64,000 nucleotides of DNA from Gammaproteobacteria bacterium (GCA_007693855.1 RECU01000053.1:21559-85558); one strand, 5' to 3'; numbered from the stretch's first letter, positions 41,988-52,755 are shown. Numbers and translations: made by a program. The notes: a model not told the origin generated them from the sequence alone.

Positions 41988-44900
41988 TCAGCCGACCCAG
42001 CGGCGCGCGTTGTACCAGAGCTGCATCCAGGGACCGTCCTCACCCCAGCCGGGCGGATGCCAGGAATGCTGTACCGTGCGGAACACCCGCTCGGGGTGCG
42101 GCATCATGATGGTGACTCGCCCGTCAGCACTCGACAGCCCGCAGATACCCTCGGGAGCCCCGTTCGGGTTCTCCGGATAATGCTCGGTCGGTCGACCATG
42201 ATGGTCGACATAACGCAGCCCCACCAGGCCGGCCGCGAGCGCCTGTTCCGGCGCGTCCGGCGCGGCGAACAGGGCCCTGCCCTCACCATGGGAACTGGCG
42301 ATCAGCAACCGCGAGCCCTGCATGCCGGCCAGCAGCACCGAGGGCGAATCCAGCACCTCAACCAGTGACAGGCGCGCCTCGAACTGCTCGGAACGGTTGC
42401 GCACGAAGCGTGGCCAGTGCGCTGTGCCCGGAATGAGACTGTGCAGCGCCGAGAGCATCTGACAGCCGTTACAGACGCCGAGCGTAAAGGTATCGCTGCG
42501 CTCGAACCACGCGGCGAACAGCTCACGGGCGCGCGCATTGAACAGGATGCTCTTCGCCCAGCCCTCACCGGCACCGAGCACATCGCCGTAGCTGAAGCCA
42601 CCACAGGCGACCAGTCCACGGAAACCGTCGAGATTCCGGCGGCCCGAGAGCAGATCGCTCATGTGGACGTCCACCGCAGTGAACCCCGCGCGGTCGAAGG
42701 CCGCGGCCATCTCCACGTGTGAGTTGACCCCCTGTTCACGCAGGATGGCCACCTCGGGCCGCGCCCTGCCAGTGATCGCCGGCGCCTGCGGGCGGAAGTG
42801 CACGGCCACGTGCAGCCCCGGATCTGTGTCGTCGAGGTCGAGCTCACGGGCCTCGTCGGCGCAGGCCGGGTTGTCGCGCAACCGCTGCAGCCGCCAGCTG
42901 GTGTCTGACCAGCTGGCGCGCAGGCTCAGCCGATCGGCCTCGAGCACACCCTGTGCGCCCTGGCGAATACGAATCTCACGGCCCGGACGCGCCCGCCCGA
43001 GCGGCACAAGCGCCTCCGCCAGGCCTGCCGCGGCGAACAGCTCGCGGGCAGCGTCCAGTGCCTCGCCGCGCAGCTGTAAAACGGCACCAGGCTCCTCCGC
43101 AAACAGCATCGCCAGCGCGTCGGTATCTTCGGGCAGCTCGATTTCCAGGCCGCAGTGCCCGGCAAAGGCCATCTCGACCAGCGTCACCGCCAGCCCGCCG
43201 TCGCTCCGGTCGTGATAGGCGAGGATGGCCTCCTGCTGACGCAGGGTGGCCATGACCCGGAAGAATCCGGCGAGCCGCGCCGGGTCATCGAGATCGGCCG
43301 GCTCGTCACCGAGCGCACCATACACCTGGGCCAGGATCGAGCCGCCCAGACGATTCCGGCCGGCCGACAGGTCGACCAGCACCAGCACGCTATCGTCGTG
43401 GTCGAGACACAGCTGGGGATCGAGGGTACGGCGCGCATCAGTCACCGGTGCGAAGGCCGAGATGATCAGTGACAGCGGCGCCAGGACCGTGTGCTCCTGA
43501 CCGTGCTCGGACCAGCGCATGCGCATCGACATCGAATCCTTGCCGACTGGGATCGCGATACCCAGTGCCGGGCAGAGAGCCTCGCCGAGCGCCTGGACCG
43601 TGTCATACAGCACGGCGTCCTCGCCCGGCGCGCCGGTCGCAGCCATCCAGTTCGCTGACAGGCGGACCTCCGCCAGACTCGCCACATCCGCCGCCGCCAG
43701 ATTGGTGATCGCCTCGGCGACCGCCAGCCGCGCCGAGGCCGGCCCGGACAGCAGCGCCACGGGGGTGCGCTCGCCCATGCTCATGGCCTCACCGGCATAC
43801 CCGTCAAAATCGGCGAGCGTGACTGCCACGTCGGCCACCGGCACCTGCCAGGGCCCGACCAGCTGGTCACGGGCGCTCAAGCCCCCCACGGTGCGGTCGC
43901 CGATATGGATCAGGAAGGACTTGTCGGCCACTGCCGGATGGCTCAACACCCGATGCAGGGCGGCGACCGGCGACAGCCCGGCCGGCAACCAGGAAATGGT
44001 GGGGGTCGGCTCGCGATGCACCTCGCGCAGCATCTTCGGCGCCTTGCCCAGCAACACCTCCATGGGCAGATCGACCGGACGGTTCTCGAACACCGGATCG
44101 CTGACCGCCAGCAGCTGCTCGGCGGTGATGTCGCCGAGCACGGCGTAGGGGCAACGCTCACGTCGGCACAGGGCGTCAAACGCCTCCAGTGACGCCGGCG
44201 CGATGACCAGCACGTAGCGCTCCTGCGCCTCGTTGCACCAGATCTCCATGGGCGACATGCCCGGCTCGTCGCTCGGAATGGCGCGCAGGTCCACCCGCGC
44301 ACCGCGGGCGCTGTGATCGACGGCCTCCGGCACCGCATTGGACAGCCCGCCGGCGCCCACGTCGTGGATCAGCAGCACCGGGTTGTCTGCCCCCAGCGCC
44401 CAGCACCGGTCGATCACCTCCTGGGCGCGACGCTGCATCTCCGGGTTGTCGCGCTGCACCGAGGCGAAATCCAGGGCCTCGTCGCCTTCGCCGGCGTGCT
44501 TGGAGGACGCCGCACCGCCGCCCAGCCCGATCAGCATCGCCGGGCCGCCCAGGACAATCAGCTTGCCGCCGACCGGCACCTCCGCCTTCTCGACATGCCC
44601 GTCGCGGATGTTCCCCAAGCCACCGGCAATCATGATCGGCTTGTGATAGCCACGCACGACCTGGGGGTCAGCGGTCAGCTGTTCAAAACTGCGGAAGTAG
44701 CCGGCGAGATTAGGCCGACCGAACTCGTTGTTGAAGGCCGCCGCGCCAATCGGCCCTTCGAGCATGATGTCGAGCGCCGAAGCGATGTGCCCGGGACGAC
44801 CGAAGTCGAACTCCCAGGGGCGGGTCGCCCCCGGGATGCGCAGATGCGAGACGGAGAACCCACAGAGCCCGGCCTTCGGCCGCGCGCCCCGACCGGTCGC

Positions 44901-45860
44901 GCCTTCGTCGCGGATCTCGCCACCGGCACCGGTGGCCGCGCCCGCGTAGGGCGCAATGGCGGTCGGGTGATTGTGGGTCTCCACCTTCATGAGAATGTGG
45001 ATGGCTTCCTCGTGGCCGGCGTAGCGGCCGGTCGCGGGATCGGCGAAGAAGCGTCGGCCGCGGCTGCCGCTGATCACGGCAGCGTTGTCCTTGTACGCCG
45101 ACAACACGCCGTCGGGCGCATGCCGGTGGGTGTTGCGGATCATGTCGAACAGGCTGTGCGGCTGGATCTCGCCATCGATGACCCAGTCGGCGTTGAAGAT
45201 CTTGTGCCGGCAGTGCTCGGAGTTCGCCTGGGCGAACATCATGAGCTCGACGTCGGTGGGATCACGCGCCAGGCGCGTGAAGTTCTCGACGAGATAGTCG
45301 ATCTCGTCTGCCGAGAGCGCCAGGCCCAGCGCAGCATCGGCCTCCTCGAGCGCCGCCCGCCCGCGAGTCCCGAGCTCGATCCGGGCCAGCGGACGGGGTT
45401 TGTGCTCAGCGAAAATCTGCGCGCGCTCGGGCGCGCGGCAGAGCAGCGACTCGGTCATCCGGTCATGCAGCATGGCCCCGAGCTGTTGCAGGCGCTCCGG
45501 CGAGAGCGCGTGGGTGGCGGCAAGCTCGAAGCGCACGCCACGCTCGATGCGCAGCACCGCGTCCAGCCCGCAAAGCCGCGCGATATCGGTGGCCTTGGAC
45601 GACCAGGGCGAGATCGTGCCCAGCCGCGGCACCACCCACAGGGCCTGACCACAACCACCGTCTCGGGGGGCTTCACCCCCATAGGTCAACAGCTGTGCCA
45701 GCACGTCCTCGTCGGACGGTGCCAGCGTCTGGCGCGTGTTCACGTAATGCTCGAAATCGGCGCGCACCGCCTTGACGGCAGGCTCGAGTTCCCGGACACG
45801 CCGCAGCAACTTCTCGAGACGAAAACCCGACAGGGCCGGCGGACCCGCGATCAACAGCAT
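41988..45860 (-). CDS. purL: Phosphoribosylformylglycinamidine synthase (large type)
   Basis: [42 protein letters not shown]. Confidence 0.99.
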   Translation of the reverse strand: MLLIAGPPALSGFRLEKLLRRVRELEPAVKAVRADFEHYVNTRQTLAPSDEDVLAQLLTYGGEAPRDGGCGQALWVVPRLGTISPWSSKATDIARLCGLDAVLRIERGVRFELAATHALSPERLQQLGAMLHDRMTESLLCRAPERAQIFAEHKPRPLARIELGTRGRAALEEADAALGLALSADEIDYLVENFTRLARDPTDVELMMFAQANSEHCRHKIFNADWVIDGEIQPHSLFDMIRNTHRHAPDGVLSAYKDNAAVISGSRGRRFFADPATGRYAGHEEAIHILMKVETHNHPTAIAPYAGAATGAGGEIRDEGATGRGARPKAGLCGFSVSHLRIPGATRPWEFDFGRPGHIASALDIMLEGPIGAAAFNNEFGRPNLAGYFRSFEQLTADPQVVRGYHKPIMIAGGLGNIRDGHVEKAEVPVGGKLIVLGGPAMLIGLGGGAASSKHAGEGDEALDFASVQRDNPEMQRRAQEVIDRCWALGADNPVLLIHDVGAGGLSNAVPEAVDHSARGARVDLRAIPSDEPGMSPMEIWCNEAQERYVLVIAPASLEAFDALCRRERCPYAVLGDITAEQLLAVSDPVFENRPVDLPMEVLLGKAPKMLREVHREPTPTISWLPAGLSPVAALHRVLSHPAVADKSFLIHIGDRTVGGLSARDQLVGPWQVPVADVAVTLADFDGYAGEAMSMGERTPVALLSGPASARLAVAEAITNLAAADVASLAEVRLSANWMAATGAPGEDAVLYDTVQALGEALCPALGIAIPVGKDSMSMRMRWSEHGQEHTVLAPLSLIISAFAPVTDARRTLDPQLCLDHDDSVLVLVDLSAGRNRLGGSILAQVYGALGDEPADLDDPARLAGFFRVMATLRQQEAILAYHDRSDGGLAVTLVEMAFAGHCGLEIELPEDTDALAMLFAEEPGAVLQLRGEALDAARELFAAAGLAEALVPLGRARPGREIRIRQGAQGVLEADRLSLRASWSDTSWRLQRLRDNPACADEARELDLDDTDPGLHVAVHFRPQAPAITGRARPEVAILREQGVNSHVEMAAAFDRAGFTAVDVHMSDLLSGRRNLDGFRGLVACGGFSYGDVLGAGEGWAKSILFNARARELFAAWFERSDTFTLGVCNGCQMLSALHSLIPGTAHWPRFVRNRSEQFEARLSLVEVLDSPSVLLAGMQGSRLLIASSHGEGRALFAAPDAPEQALAAGLVGLRYVDHHGRPTEHYPENPNGAPEGICGLSSADGRVTIMMPHPERVFRTVQHSWHPPGWGEDGPWMQLWYNARRWVG

Positions 45861-45960
45861 GAAACGCTCTCTGGATTGGCGGCAGGCGACGGGCCAGCGT
45901 GGTGACCGTCAGCCCACATGATACCGGATGACAGCACGGCTGACGAAGGCCAGACCGCCT

Positions 45961-46728
45961 TCACGGGACCAGCGTGAGCCAGTCCGTGCCGCCATCCTGG
46001 TCGGCCAGCAGCACCCTGGCCGACGCCGACCCCAGCGCCGTCTCCAGTGCACCGCGCGCCAGTGCCGGCGTGTTGTTCTGCTCGGAGAGATGCACCCCTA
46101 CCAGCCATTGCAGTCGGCTCGGGTCCTGCAGCGCGGCGAGCTCGGCGGCCTGGTCGTTGTTCAGATGCCCGAGCTGCCCCCCGACGCGGCGCTTCAGCGC
46201 CGGTGGATAGGCCCCGGCGTTCAACATGGCAAGATCGTGGTTGCACTCCACCGCAAGGCCGTCACACCCTGCGAGACGCTCGCGCAGGAACGGCGTGATG
46301 TGGCCCGTGTCGGTGAGCACGCCGAGCCGGCAGCCCCCGCCTTCGAACAGAAACTGGCAGGGCTCGCGCGCATCGTGCGGCACCGGCAGCGGGTGGACCG
46401 TCACCGCACCCAGCCGGAATGTCGCATGGGCACTGATGCACTCGATACGCGCACGGTGGTCGCCGGCGCCGATTGCCCAGGCCGTGCCGGAGGTCAGGTA
46501 GACGGGAATGTCGTGGGTGGCCGCCAGGCGCAGCACGCCGCTGGCGTGATCGCCATGCTCATGGGTGACCAGCAGCGCCGAGAGGTCGGCTGGCGTCCGG
46601 CCGAGGCGCGCCAATCGTCGCGTGGTCTCCGCCAGCGAAAACCCGCAGTCGATCATCAGCACGGTGTCGCCGCATTCCACCAGCGCGCCATTGCCGCGGC
46701 TGCCGCTGCCCAGATAAGCCAGACGCAT
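45961..46728 (-). CDS. MBL-fold metallo-hydrolase (YycJ/WalJ-like)
   Basis: LGSGSRGN, THEHGDH, PHDA, LTDTG, ECNHD, GHLNN, HLSEQNN. Confidence 0.92.
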   Translation of the reverse strand: MRLAYLGSGSRGNGALVECGDTVLMIDCGFSLAETTRRLARLGRTPADLSALLVTHEHGDHASGVLRLAATHDIPVYLTSGTAWAIGAGDHRARIECISAHATFRLGAVTVHPLPVPHDAREPCQFLFEGGGCRLGVLTDTGHITPFLRERLAGCDGLAVECNHDLAMLNAGAYPPALKRRVGGQLGHLNNDQAAELAALQDPSRLQWLVGVHLSEQNNTPALARGALETALGSASARVLLADQDGGTDWLTLVP

Positions 46729-46743
46729 GGGTGTCGGCGCCGG

Positions 46744-47103
46744 TCAGCCGCCCGCCCCGGAGCCTCCGCCGCCGGAGCCGCCACCGCCCGGCGGATACAT
46801 CTGCACCGGAAACTGGGCGACATTGCCCCCCTCCGCGCCGGAAATCTTGCTCACACCCTGCTTGTCGACCTCATCGATCCGGATGATGGAGTGCATGGGC
46901 AGATAGCTGCGCTTCACGCCCTCGAATTCGGCCTTGATCCGCTCCTCGGCAGGATCCACCACGACGCTGGAGCGCGCGCCGAACACCAGTTCCTCGATCT
47001 CGACGAAACCGAACATCGCACCCTGCGAAATGCTCCTGGCGTACACCTCGTAGACCTTACCCTGGTTGATGAAAATGACGCGGTACATCTGTCTGTTGGC
47101 CAT
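46744..47103 (-). CDS. DUF1820 family protein
   Basis: YRVIFINQGKVYEVYA, VVDPAEE, EFEGVKRSYLPMHSIIRIDEV. Confidence 0.85.
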   Translation of the reverse strand: MANRQMYRVIFINQGKVYEVYARSISQGAMFGFVEIEELVFGARSSVVVDPAEERIKAEFEGVKRSYLPMHSIIRIDEVDKQGVSKISGAEGGNVAQFPVQMYPPGGGGSGGGGSGAGG

Positions 47104-47275
47104 GCAGGTCCCTTGCCGCTGGTTAGCGTAATCTCAAGCATAACGGCTCGCGTCGGCGTCGGCACGTCTTCGCCCGTTTGCCGGGGTGAGACCGCCATCA
47201 CAGAACAGCATACCGGATGCGCGCCGCGCGCAGCAGGCAGCCTATACTGCCAGCAGGCAGCCTGTTGGAGCAGTC

Positions 47276-48547
47276 ATGGCCCTGACGCTGGAGATCATCA
47301 GTCAACAGCGCGCTGTGCTCGGCGAGCGCGCCCGCTGCGTGTTCGAGTCCGCGGGCGGTAACATCGGTCGCGCACTGGAGTGCGACTGGGTGCTGCCCGA
47401 CACCCAGCGCTATGTCTCGAGTCGCCATGCCGCCATCGATTTTCGCGGCGGCAGCTACTACCTCATCGACCTTTCCACCAACGGCGTCTATGTCAACGAT
47501 GCCGAGCAGCCCATCGGCCGTGGACGGCCGCAGCGACTGTTTTCCGGGGATCGCCTGCGTATGGGCGAATACCTGATGGTGGCGCATATCGACGACGAGG
47601 ATGAACTCGCAGCGGAGCTCGAGGCAGACAGCCTGGACCCGCTCGCGCGCGCGCAACGGGTCGAAGCGCCCGTACCCCCCGATACCACGCTCATCGATGT
47701 GTTCGAGATGACCGGCGCAGTCGACCTCAGCCTTGATACCGGTGAACCTGCCTTCAAACCGGGGACGACCCAGCCGGTGGATGCCGCACGGCGCCGCCGC
47801 GCGAATTTCGCGGTGGTCGAAGGCGGCGCCGGGACCGCAGAGTCTCCGCGTACACGTAGTCCGCAAGGCGCCCAGGCCGGCGCCAGCGCCGAGCGCAAGC
47901 CGCCTCCCCGGAAGCAGGCGCAGGGGAAGAGCGAGGACGCCGCAGATTCGCCGATGGTGCAGGCCCTGCTGCGCGCGGCGGGGGTGGAGACGGACAGTGT
48001 CGCAGGTCTGGATACCGAGACCGTGATGGTCACGCTGGGTCAGTTGCTGCGCGAAACGGTCGTCGGCCTGCGTGAGGTCCTGCAGGATCGCTCGGATCAC
48101 AAGGCGACGCTGGGCTTGGGCAATACGGCCATCCAGCCGCGCGAGAACAATCCGCTCAAACTCACTGGCAGCACCCAGGACGCCCTGGCCAGACTGCTAC
48201 GCGACGGCAGTCCTGAATATCTGCCGCCGGTGACCGCGCTGCGCGAGGCCTTCAGGGATATCAAGGAACATCAGGCCGCCACCTGGCAGGCCACCCACCA
48301 GGCATTTTTCAACTTCATCGAGCATCTCGACCCGGGCATCCTGGAAGAGCGTTTCACCGAGGGCCAGACACGCCGACCACTGCTGCCGGGGGCTGCGCGC
48401 GCGCGGCGTTGGGAGCAGTATGCCGAGCTCTACGAGGCGCTGACGCGGCACGCCGGCGATCACTTTCCGCCTCTCTACGACGACGCCTTCACCGAAGCCT
48501 ACAGGCGCACCCTGGAGGCGATGCAGACTGCTCGCCGGCGTGCCTGA
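47276..48547 (+). CDS. FHA-domain protein of the T6SS TagH/Fha type
   Basis: FHA core IGR...VSSRHA...STNG; C-terminal ENNPLK, HQAA, WEQY...AF..AY typical of TagH; TATACT -10 at 47243. Confidence 0.88.
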   Translation: MALTLEIISQQRAVLGERARCVFESAGGNIGRALECDWVLPDTQRYVSSRHAAIDFRGGSYYLIDLSTNGVYVNDAEQPIGRGRPQRLFSGDRLRMGEYLMVAHIDDEDELAAELEADSLDPLARAQRVEAPVPPDTTLIDVFEMTGAVDLSLDTGEPAFKPGTTQPVDAARRRRANFAVVEGGAGTAESPRTRSPQGAQAGASAERKPPPRKQAQGKSEDAADSPMVQALLRAAGVETDSVAGLDTETVMVTLGQLLRETVVGLREVLQDRSDHKATLGLGNTAIQPRENNPLKLTGSTQDALARLLRDGSPEYLPPVTALREAFRDIKEHQAATWQATHQAFFNFIEHLDPGILEERFTEGQTRRPLLPGAARARRWEQYAELYEALTRHAGDHFPPLYDDAFTEAYRRTLEAMQTARRRA

Positions 48548-48584
48548 GGCAGCGTAGAACCCCGCGACAGCCCACGCGTAAGGT

Positions 48585-49973
48585 TTACGGTTCAGCGGTG
48601 AACGCTTCGGCGAGTTCTGCCAGCGAGTCGAGTGCCGGCAGATTCAGGGTCCGCTCCCGCAACTCGTCGACCGCCTGGTCGGGCATGATCCGCGCCGCAT
48701 TGTCCTCGAACTTGGCGATGATCTCCGCGGCCGACAAGGGACGACCCTCCGCGCCCCGGTTGACCGCTTCCCGATGCGACAACCGCCGGCCGTCACGGGT
48801 CTCGATCACGACCTCCGCCGGAAACACCCGAGGGTACTCCGACGCGGGATCCGCCGCGTGCTCGCAGCGCGCGGCCAGTGCCAGCACCGTCTCGTCGGCC
48901 AGCGCGTCCGGCTCGAGCTCATCGAGGGTCAGCCGACCGCGCACCAGCGCCACCGCCACCGCAAACTGCACGCTGAACTTGGCCTCATAGTCGCCGCGGG
49001 GCTGCCGCTTGGCATCCGCCGGCTCGCAGACCACCGGCATCTGGTCGGGATGAAGCCGCACGGTGATGCGCGCGATGTCGCCAGCCGTCAGGCCGTGCCC
49101 GGCGCGCAGCGCCAGCGCGGCGTCGATCGGGGCATGGTTGAAGTGGCAGACCGGGTAGGGTTTCACCCCGACCCGCAGCATCTCCCACTCCTCGCCCAGC
49201 GACTCCAGGCGCTCGGCCAGCGCATCGCCGCCGTCGTAGCCGAGATAGCTCCGATACAGGCCGTAACGCCCTTCATAGGGCTGGGCCGGGCCGGTAAAAC
49301 CGCCGCGCGCGAGCGCCGTGGCCTGCAGCGCAGCGGCGGCCGCCCCGCCGGGGTGCATGCGCTTGGTCCAGGCCCCATCCTCGAGAAACTGCATGCTGCC
49401 ACTGGCCATGCTGAGGGCAATGCCCTGGGCGTGATTCAGCGCGACGAAGTCCAGGCCCAGCAGGCGGCCGGCGGCGAGGGTTGCGCCGAATGTGCCCACC
49501 ACCCCGGTCGGGTGAAACCCCTGTTTCTGGAACCGACCATCAACGCTGCCGATACGGGCATCCGCCTCCATCGCCACCAGGTAGGCCGCGACCGCCTGCC
49601 CCCCGCTGGCGCCGCACGCCAGGCCGGCGGCGAGCACGGCCGGCAGGGCACTGGCGGAGGCGTGGACGACGCTCGCGCCGTGGGTATCGTCGTAATCCAG
49701 GCCGTGGATCAGCAAGCCGTTCAGCCAGGCCGCATCGCGCATCGGCAGGCGATCCGGCCAGCCGATCACCGGCGAGTCCCCCTGTCCGGCCAGAGCGACC
49801 GTGGCGGCGCGGCCGCGCTCGGCGAAATCATAGCCGGTGGCCGCCAGGGCCACGCCAAGGGCATCAAGGATATGCAGGCAGGCCCGCTCGATTACCGGCG
49901 CCGGCACCCGGCGCAGATCGAGGCCGAGCGCGAACCCGGAGAGGCGATGGGCGCTGGCCAGGCGGGGCATCAA
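48585..49973 (-). CDS. MmgE/PrpD family protein
   Basis: HGLDYDDTH, GFHPTG, KRMHPG, KPYPVC, AKFS, KF near the C-terminus. Confidence 0.93.
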   Translation of the reverse strand: MMPRLASAHRLSGFALGLDLRRVPAPVIERACLHILDALGVALAATGYDFAERGRAATVALAGQGDSPVIGWPDRLPMRDAAWLNGLLIHGLDYDDTHGASVVHASASALPAVLAAGLACGASGGQAVAAYLVAMEADARIGSVDGRFQKQGFHPTGVVGTFGATLAAGRLLGLDFVALNHAQGIALSMASGSMQFLEDGAWTKRMHPGGAAAAALQATALARGGFTGPAQPYEGRYGLYRSYLGYDGGDALAERLESLGEEWEMLRVGVKPYPVCHFNHAPIDAALALRAGHGLTAGDIARITVRLHPDQMPVVCEPADAKRQPRGDYEAKFSVQFAVAVALVRGRLTLDELEPDALADETVLALAARCEHAADPASEYPRVFPAEVVIETRDGRRLSHREAVNRGAEGRPLSAAEIIAKFEDNAARIMPDQAVDELRERTLNLPALDSLAELAEAFTAEP

Positions 49974-50737
49974 TCGCCGACCGCGGGCAGGGTCAGATCC
50001 GGCTGGAAACCCAGCGTGTAGCTGATGCGGTCGGCGGGATGGTCAGACACGGAGACTTCGTAGGGCCGGTCACCCGCGTTGCGGTAGCGACGCACCACCC
50101 GCAGCGAAGGACTGCCCTCTGCCACATCCAGAGCCCGCGCCTGCTCGGCATTCATCTGCGCAGCCCCCAGCTGGACTTCGACGTGACGCGGCCGTTCGCC
50201 GAAGCGCTCCTCGATCAGCCGATAGACCGGCCGCGCGTCCTGGCCGATCATCCCGGCAATCGCACCATAGGCGGGCAACAGGTAAATCTCAGTCCAGCAG
50301 ATCGCCATGCCGTCATCAATACACCGGCGTACGCCGCTCAGGCGCAGGCGCTGCTCGCCCTCCGGGCAGTGCAGCAGTGACGACTGTTCTGTACCCAGGG
50401 TCAACAGTGCCGAGCCGATCAGATGCAGGCGGGTTTCGCCCGGATAGCGCAGGAACTCGTTGATCGAGACCAGGCGGTGCTGGGTACTCGTGGGCGCCTG
50501 GTCCTTGCGCACGACCGTGCCTACGCCAGGGCGTCGACCCACCATGCCGTGCTGCTCGAGCAGGCGCAGGGCCTCGCGCACCGTGTGCCGGCTGACGCCG
50601 AAGCGCCGCGTCAGCTCAAGCTCACCGGGCAGGCGGTCGCCGACGGCGAACTGCCCTGCGCTGATCTCGCCGATGAGCGTATCGGCCACCTCGCGGTACC
50701 GCGGCTCGCGACGCCCCCCAGCGTCATCGTTGGCCAT
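49970..50737 (-). CDS. GntR family (HutC/UTRA) transcriptional regulator
   Basis: GDRLPGE, FGVSRHTVREAL, GVGTVV wHTH plus UTRA-type C-terminus; GGAGG RBS before the ATG at 50737. Confidence 0.92.
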   Translation of the reverse strand: MANDDAGGRREPRYREVADTLIGEISAGQFAVGDRLPGELELTRRFGVSRHTVREALRLLEQHGMVGRRPGVGTVVRKDQAPTSTQHRLVSINEFLRYPGETRLHLIGSALLTLGTEQSSLLHCPEGEQRLRLSGVRRCIDDGMAICWTEIYLLPAYGAIAGMIGQDARPVYRLIEERFGERPRHVEVQLGAAQMNAEQARALDVAEGSPSLRVVRRYRNAGDRPYEVSVSDHPADRISYTLGFQPDLTLPAVGD

Positions 50738-50826
50738 ACCGGCCTCCACGAATCGCCTTGCGGCTGACCCCTGTGTTTAACCGAGGGGCGACGGCAAGTC
50801 CAGCGCCGTTTCTGGCGTCAGGCTGT

Positions 50827-51747
50827 TCAGCGGGCGTCGTCAGTGCTCAGCCAGTCGCGCGTGGCCGGCTCGTGCATGCGCCAGTCGCGCGCGCTGACCG
50901 GCGAATGGCGGCGGAACAGCAATATGCCCAGATCATCAGGTTTACTGGGCAGGAGCGTGCCGTTGTGCAGGCCTGGACCACACATTCGCCTGGCCACCTT
51001 GCCCTGCAGATTACGCATGGCCACGCCAAGCTCGCCACAGCGAATGGTCTCGAGGATTTCCTCGACGAACAGGTTGTCAAACAGGCCATCACTGGCAAGC
51101 AGCAGCGTATCGCGCGCCGCGAAAGGCATCTCCGGACCGACCTCGATGCGCATCTCGGCGCTGCCGATCACGTTCGAGATGACGTGCAGCAGCTCGTGGT
51201 GCATGGCCTCGGTAGCATCGAGCAAGCCCGCCTCCACCGCGAAACCCACCGGAGAGTGCGGCACGGTCTGCAGCTTGAGGCGGCCCCGCTGGCCCACCAG
51301 CAGCACGGTCGAGTCGCCCACGTGGTAAGGGCGGACGTAATCTTCACCCACCTCGGCCACCGCCAGGGTCGTGGCCGCACCGCCACCGAGCGCCAGCACG
51401 GCGGCGTTGGCCCGCTCGATGCCGTCGAGCACGGCGCCACGCATGCGTTGCGGATCCCCGCCGATCGACCCCAGCGCATCACCCATCGCAGCCAGCGCCG
51501 CAAGTGCCGCTTCGCGCCCCCCGGCCTGACCACCAACCCCGTCAGCCACCACCAGTACCCAGCAGCGATCGCCTACACGGAAGACGCCCAGGGCGTCCTC
51601 GCCCGCCGTGTCCTTTTGGGGGCTGCGCCCGACATAGGCGCACAGCTGACCGCTGCGCAGGAGGAAGGCTCCGCCCGCGGGCCGTCCGTCCCCGGATTCA
51701 CTGAACAATCGCGTCTCGTCAAGGTAGGTCTTAACGCTGACGCTCAT
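50827..51747 (-). CDS. PP2C/PPM-family Ser/Thr phosphatase
   Basis: GED, VADGVGG, ATTL, HVGDS, NVIG, LASDGLFDN, PDD. Confidence 0.92.
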   Translation of the reverse strand: MSVSVKTYLDETRLFSESGDGRPAGGAFLLRSGQLCAYVGRSPQKDTAGEDALGVFRVGDRCWVLVVADGVGGQAGGREAALAALAAMGDALGSIGGDPQRMRGAVLDGIERANAAVLALGGGAATTLAVAEVGEDYVRPYHVGDSTVLLVGQRGRLKLQTVPHSPVGFAVEAGLLDATEAMHHELLHVISNVIGSAEMRIEVGPEMPFAARDTLLLASDGLFDNLFVEEILETIRCGELGVAMRNLQGKVARRMCGPGLHNGTLLPSKPDDLGILLFRRHSPVSARDWRMHEPATRDWLSTDDAR

Positions 51748-51801
51748 CGCGGCGGTCCGCACCGGCGCAACCCATCAAGCTGCTGCATCATGGCCTGTTC
51801 C

Positions 51802-52602
51802 CTAGGCACCGCGGCCACGCGTCTTGCCACGCAGCCGCCGGAAAGCGTTTTCCATCTGTACCGCATCCCGAAAACGGGCCTGTGGCCGCAACTCCAGCGC
51901 CCGCCGGAGCCACGCGATCGTCGGCGGACGCAGGCGCTGGCGAAGCCGTGCCTGACCGGCCAGCGGCCACGCATACGGCCATTCGGGCAAGGTGCCGCTG
52001 AACATGCGATAGATCACCAACCCAAGCGAAAAGACGTCGGACTGGAACATCGGTCGGCCCAGGGCCTGTTCCGGCGCGAGATAGCCCACCGTCCCCGAGC
52101 CGGACGCCTTGACCGTGCGCAGCGCGATTTTCGAGAAGCCAAAGTCCGTCAGTCGGATGCGATTGTCCGGAAAAAGAATGAAATTATCCGGCTTCACGTC
52201 ACAGTGAATGATCCGCCGGCTGTGCGCATGTGCCAGCGCCGAGAGCATCTGCGAGGTGTAATCCAGAGCCTTGTCGGTGGAGATGCGCCGCGCGAGGCGA
52301 TCAGCCAGCGACTCCAGCCCCAGTGGCATGGCAATCACGAAATGCTCGTCGATGAAACTCGCGTTCAGAATCGGCAGGACATTGGGATGTTCCATGCGGG
52401 TCGCGAGCCGCGCCTCGCGCCGGAAGTCCGCCAGAAAATAATCATCCATCATGTCCGGATGCGGAATCTTCAGCGCCACCCGACATCCGTGGATGGTGTC
52501 GTAGGCCTGGTAGACGGCGCAGCGCGGACCGTCGGCCAGCCGGCGCTCGATCCGGTACTTGCCCAGCTTCTGCCGGGCCCGCAGCAGCTTGGACCTGACC
52601 AT
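51802..52602 (-). CDS. Stand-alone Hanks-type Ser/Thr kinase (non-RD)
   Basis: VALK, EARL, HCDVKPDN, DFG, GTVGYLAPE, SDVFSLG; GAGGAG RBS before the ATG at 52602. Confidence 0.92.
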   Translation of the reverse strand: MVRSKLLRARQKLGKYRIERRLADGPRCAVYQAYDTIHGCRVALKIPHPDMMDDYFLADFRREARLATRMEHPNVLPILNASFIDEHFVIAMPLGLESLADRLARRISTDKALDYTSQMLSALAHAHSRRIIHCDVKPDNFILFPDNRIRLTDFGFSKIALRTVKASGSGTVGYLAPEQALGRPMFQSDVFSLGLVIYRMFSGTLPEWPYAWPLAGQARLRQRLRPPTIAWLRRALELRPQARFRDAVQMENAFRRLRGKTRGRGA

Positions 52603-52650
52603 CCGGCGGCTCCTCTGGCGCCACGGCATCGGGCGCCACTCTGCCGTCGG

Positions 52651-52668
52651 ATTCTACATGGATATAAT
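52651..52668. promoter_or_regulatory. Back-to-back -10 elements for the kinase-PP2C pair (-) and the Ysc84-like gene (+)
   Basis: TAGAAT on - (52656-52651) and TATAAT on + (52663-52668) in an AT-rich patch. Confidence 0.55.
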
Positions 52669-52755
52669 GGTGGCACTGCGCCTGGCGCTGCAGACCGGTG
52701 CCTGGTTCCGCATGACCCCGCGAACGACGCCGCGTCGGCGTCCTGGAGACCTGCC

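Noticed and set aside
50758-52755. Apparent 857-aa Ysc84 fusion
   Set aside because: The upstream part is antisense to the PP2C and kinase genes; a signal peptide and RBS support the start at 52756.
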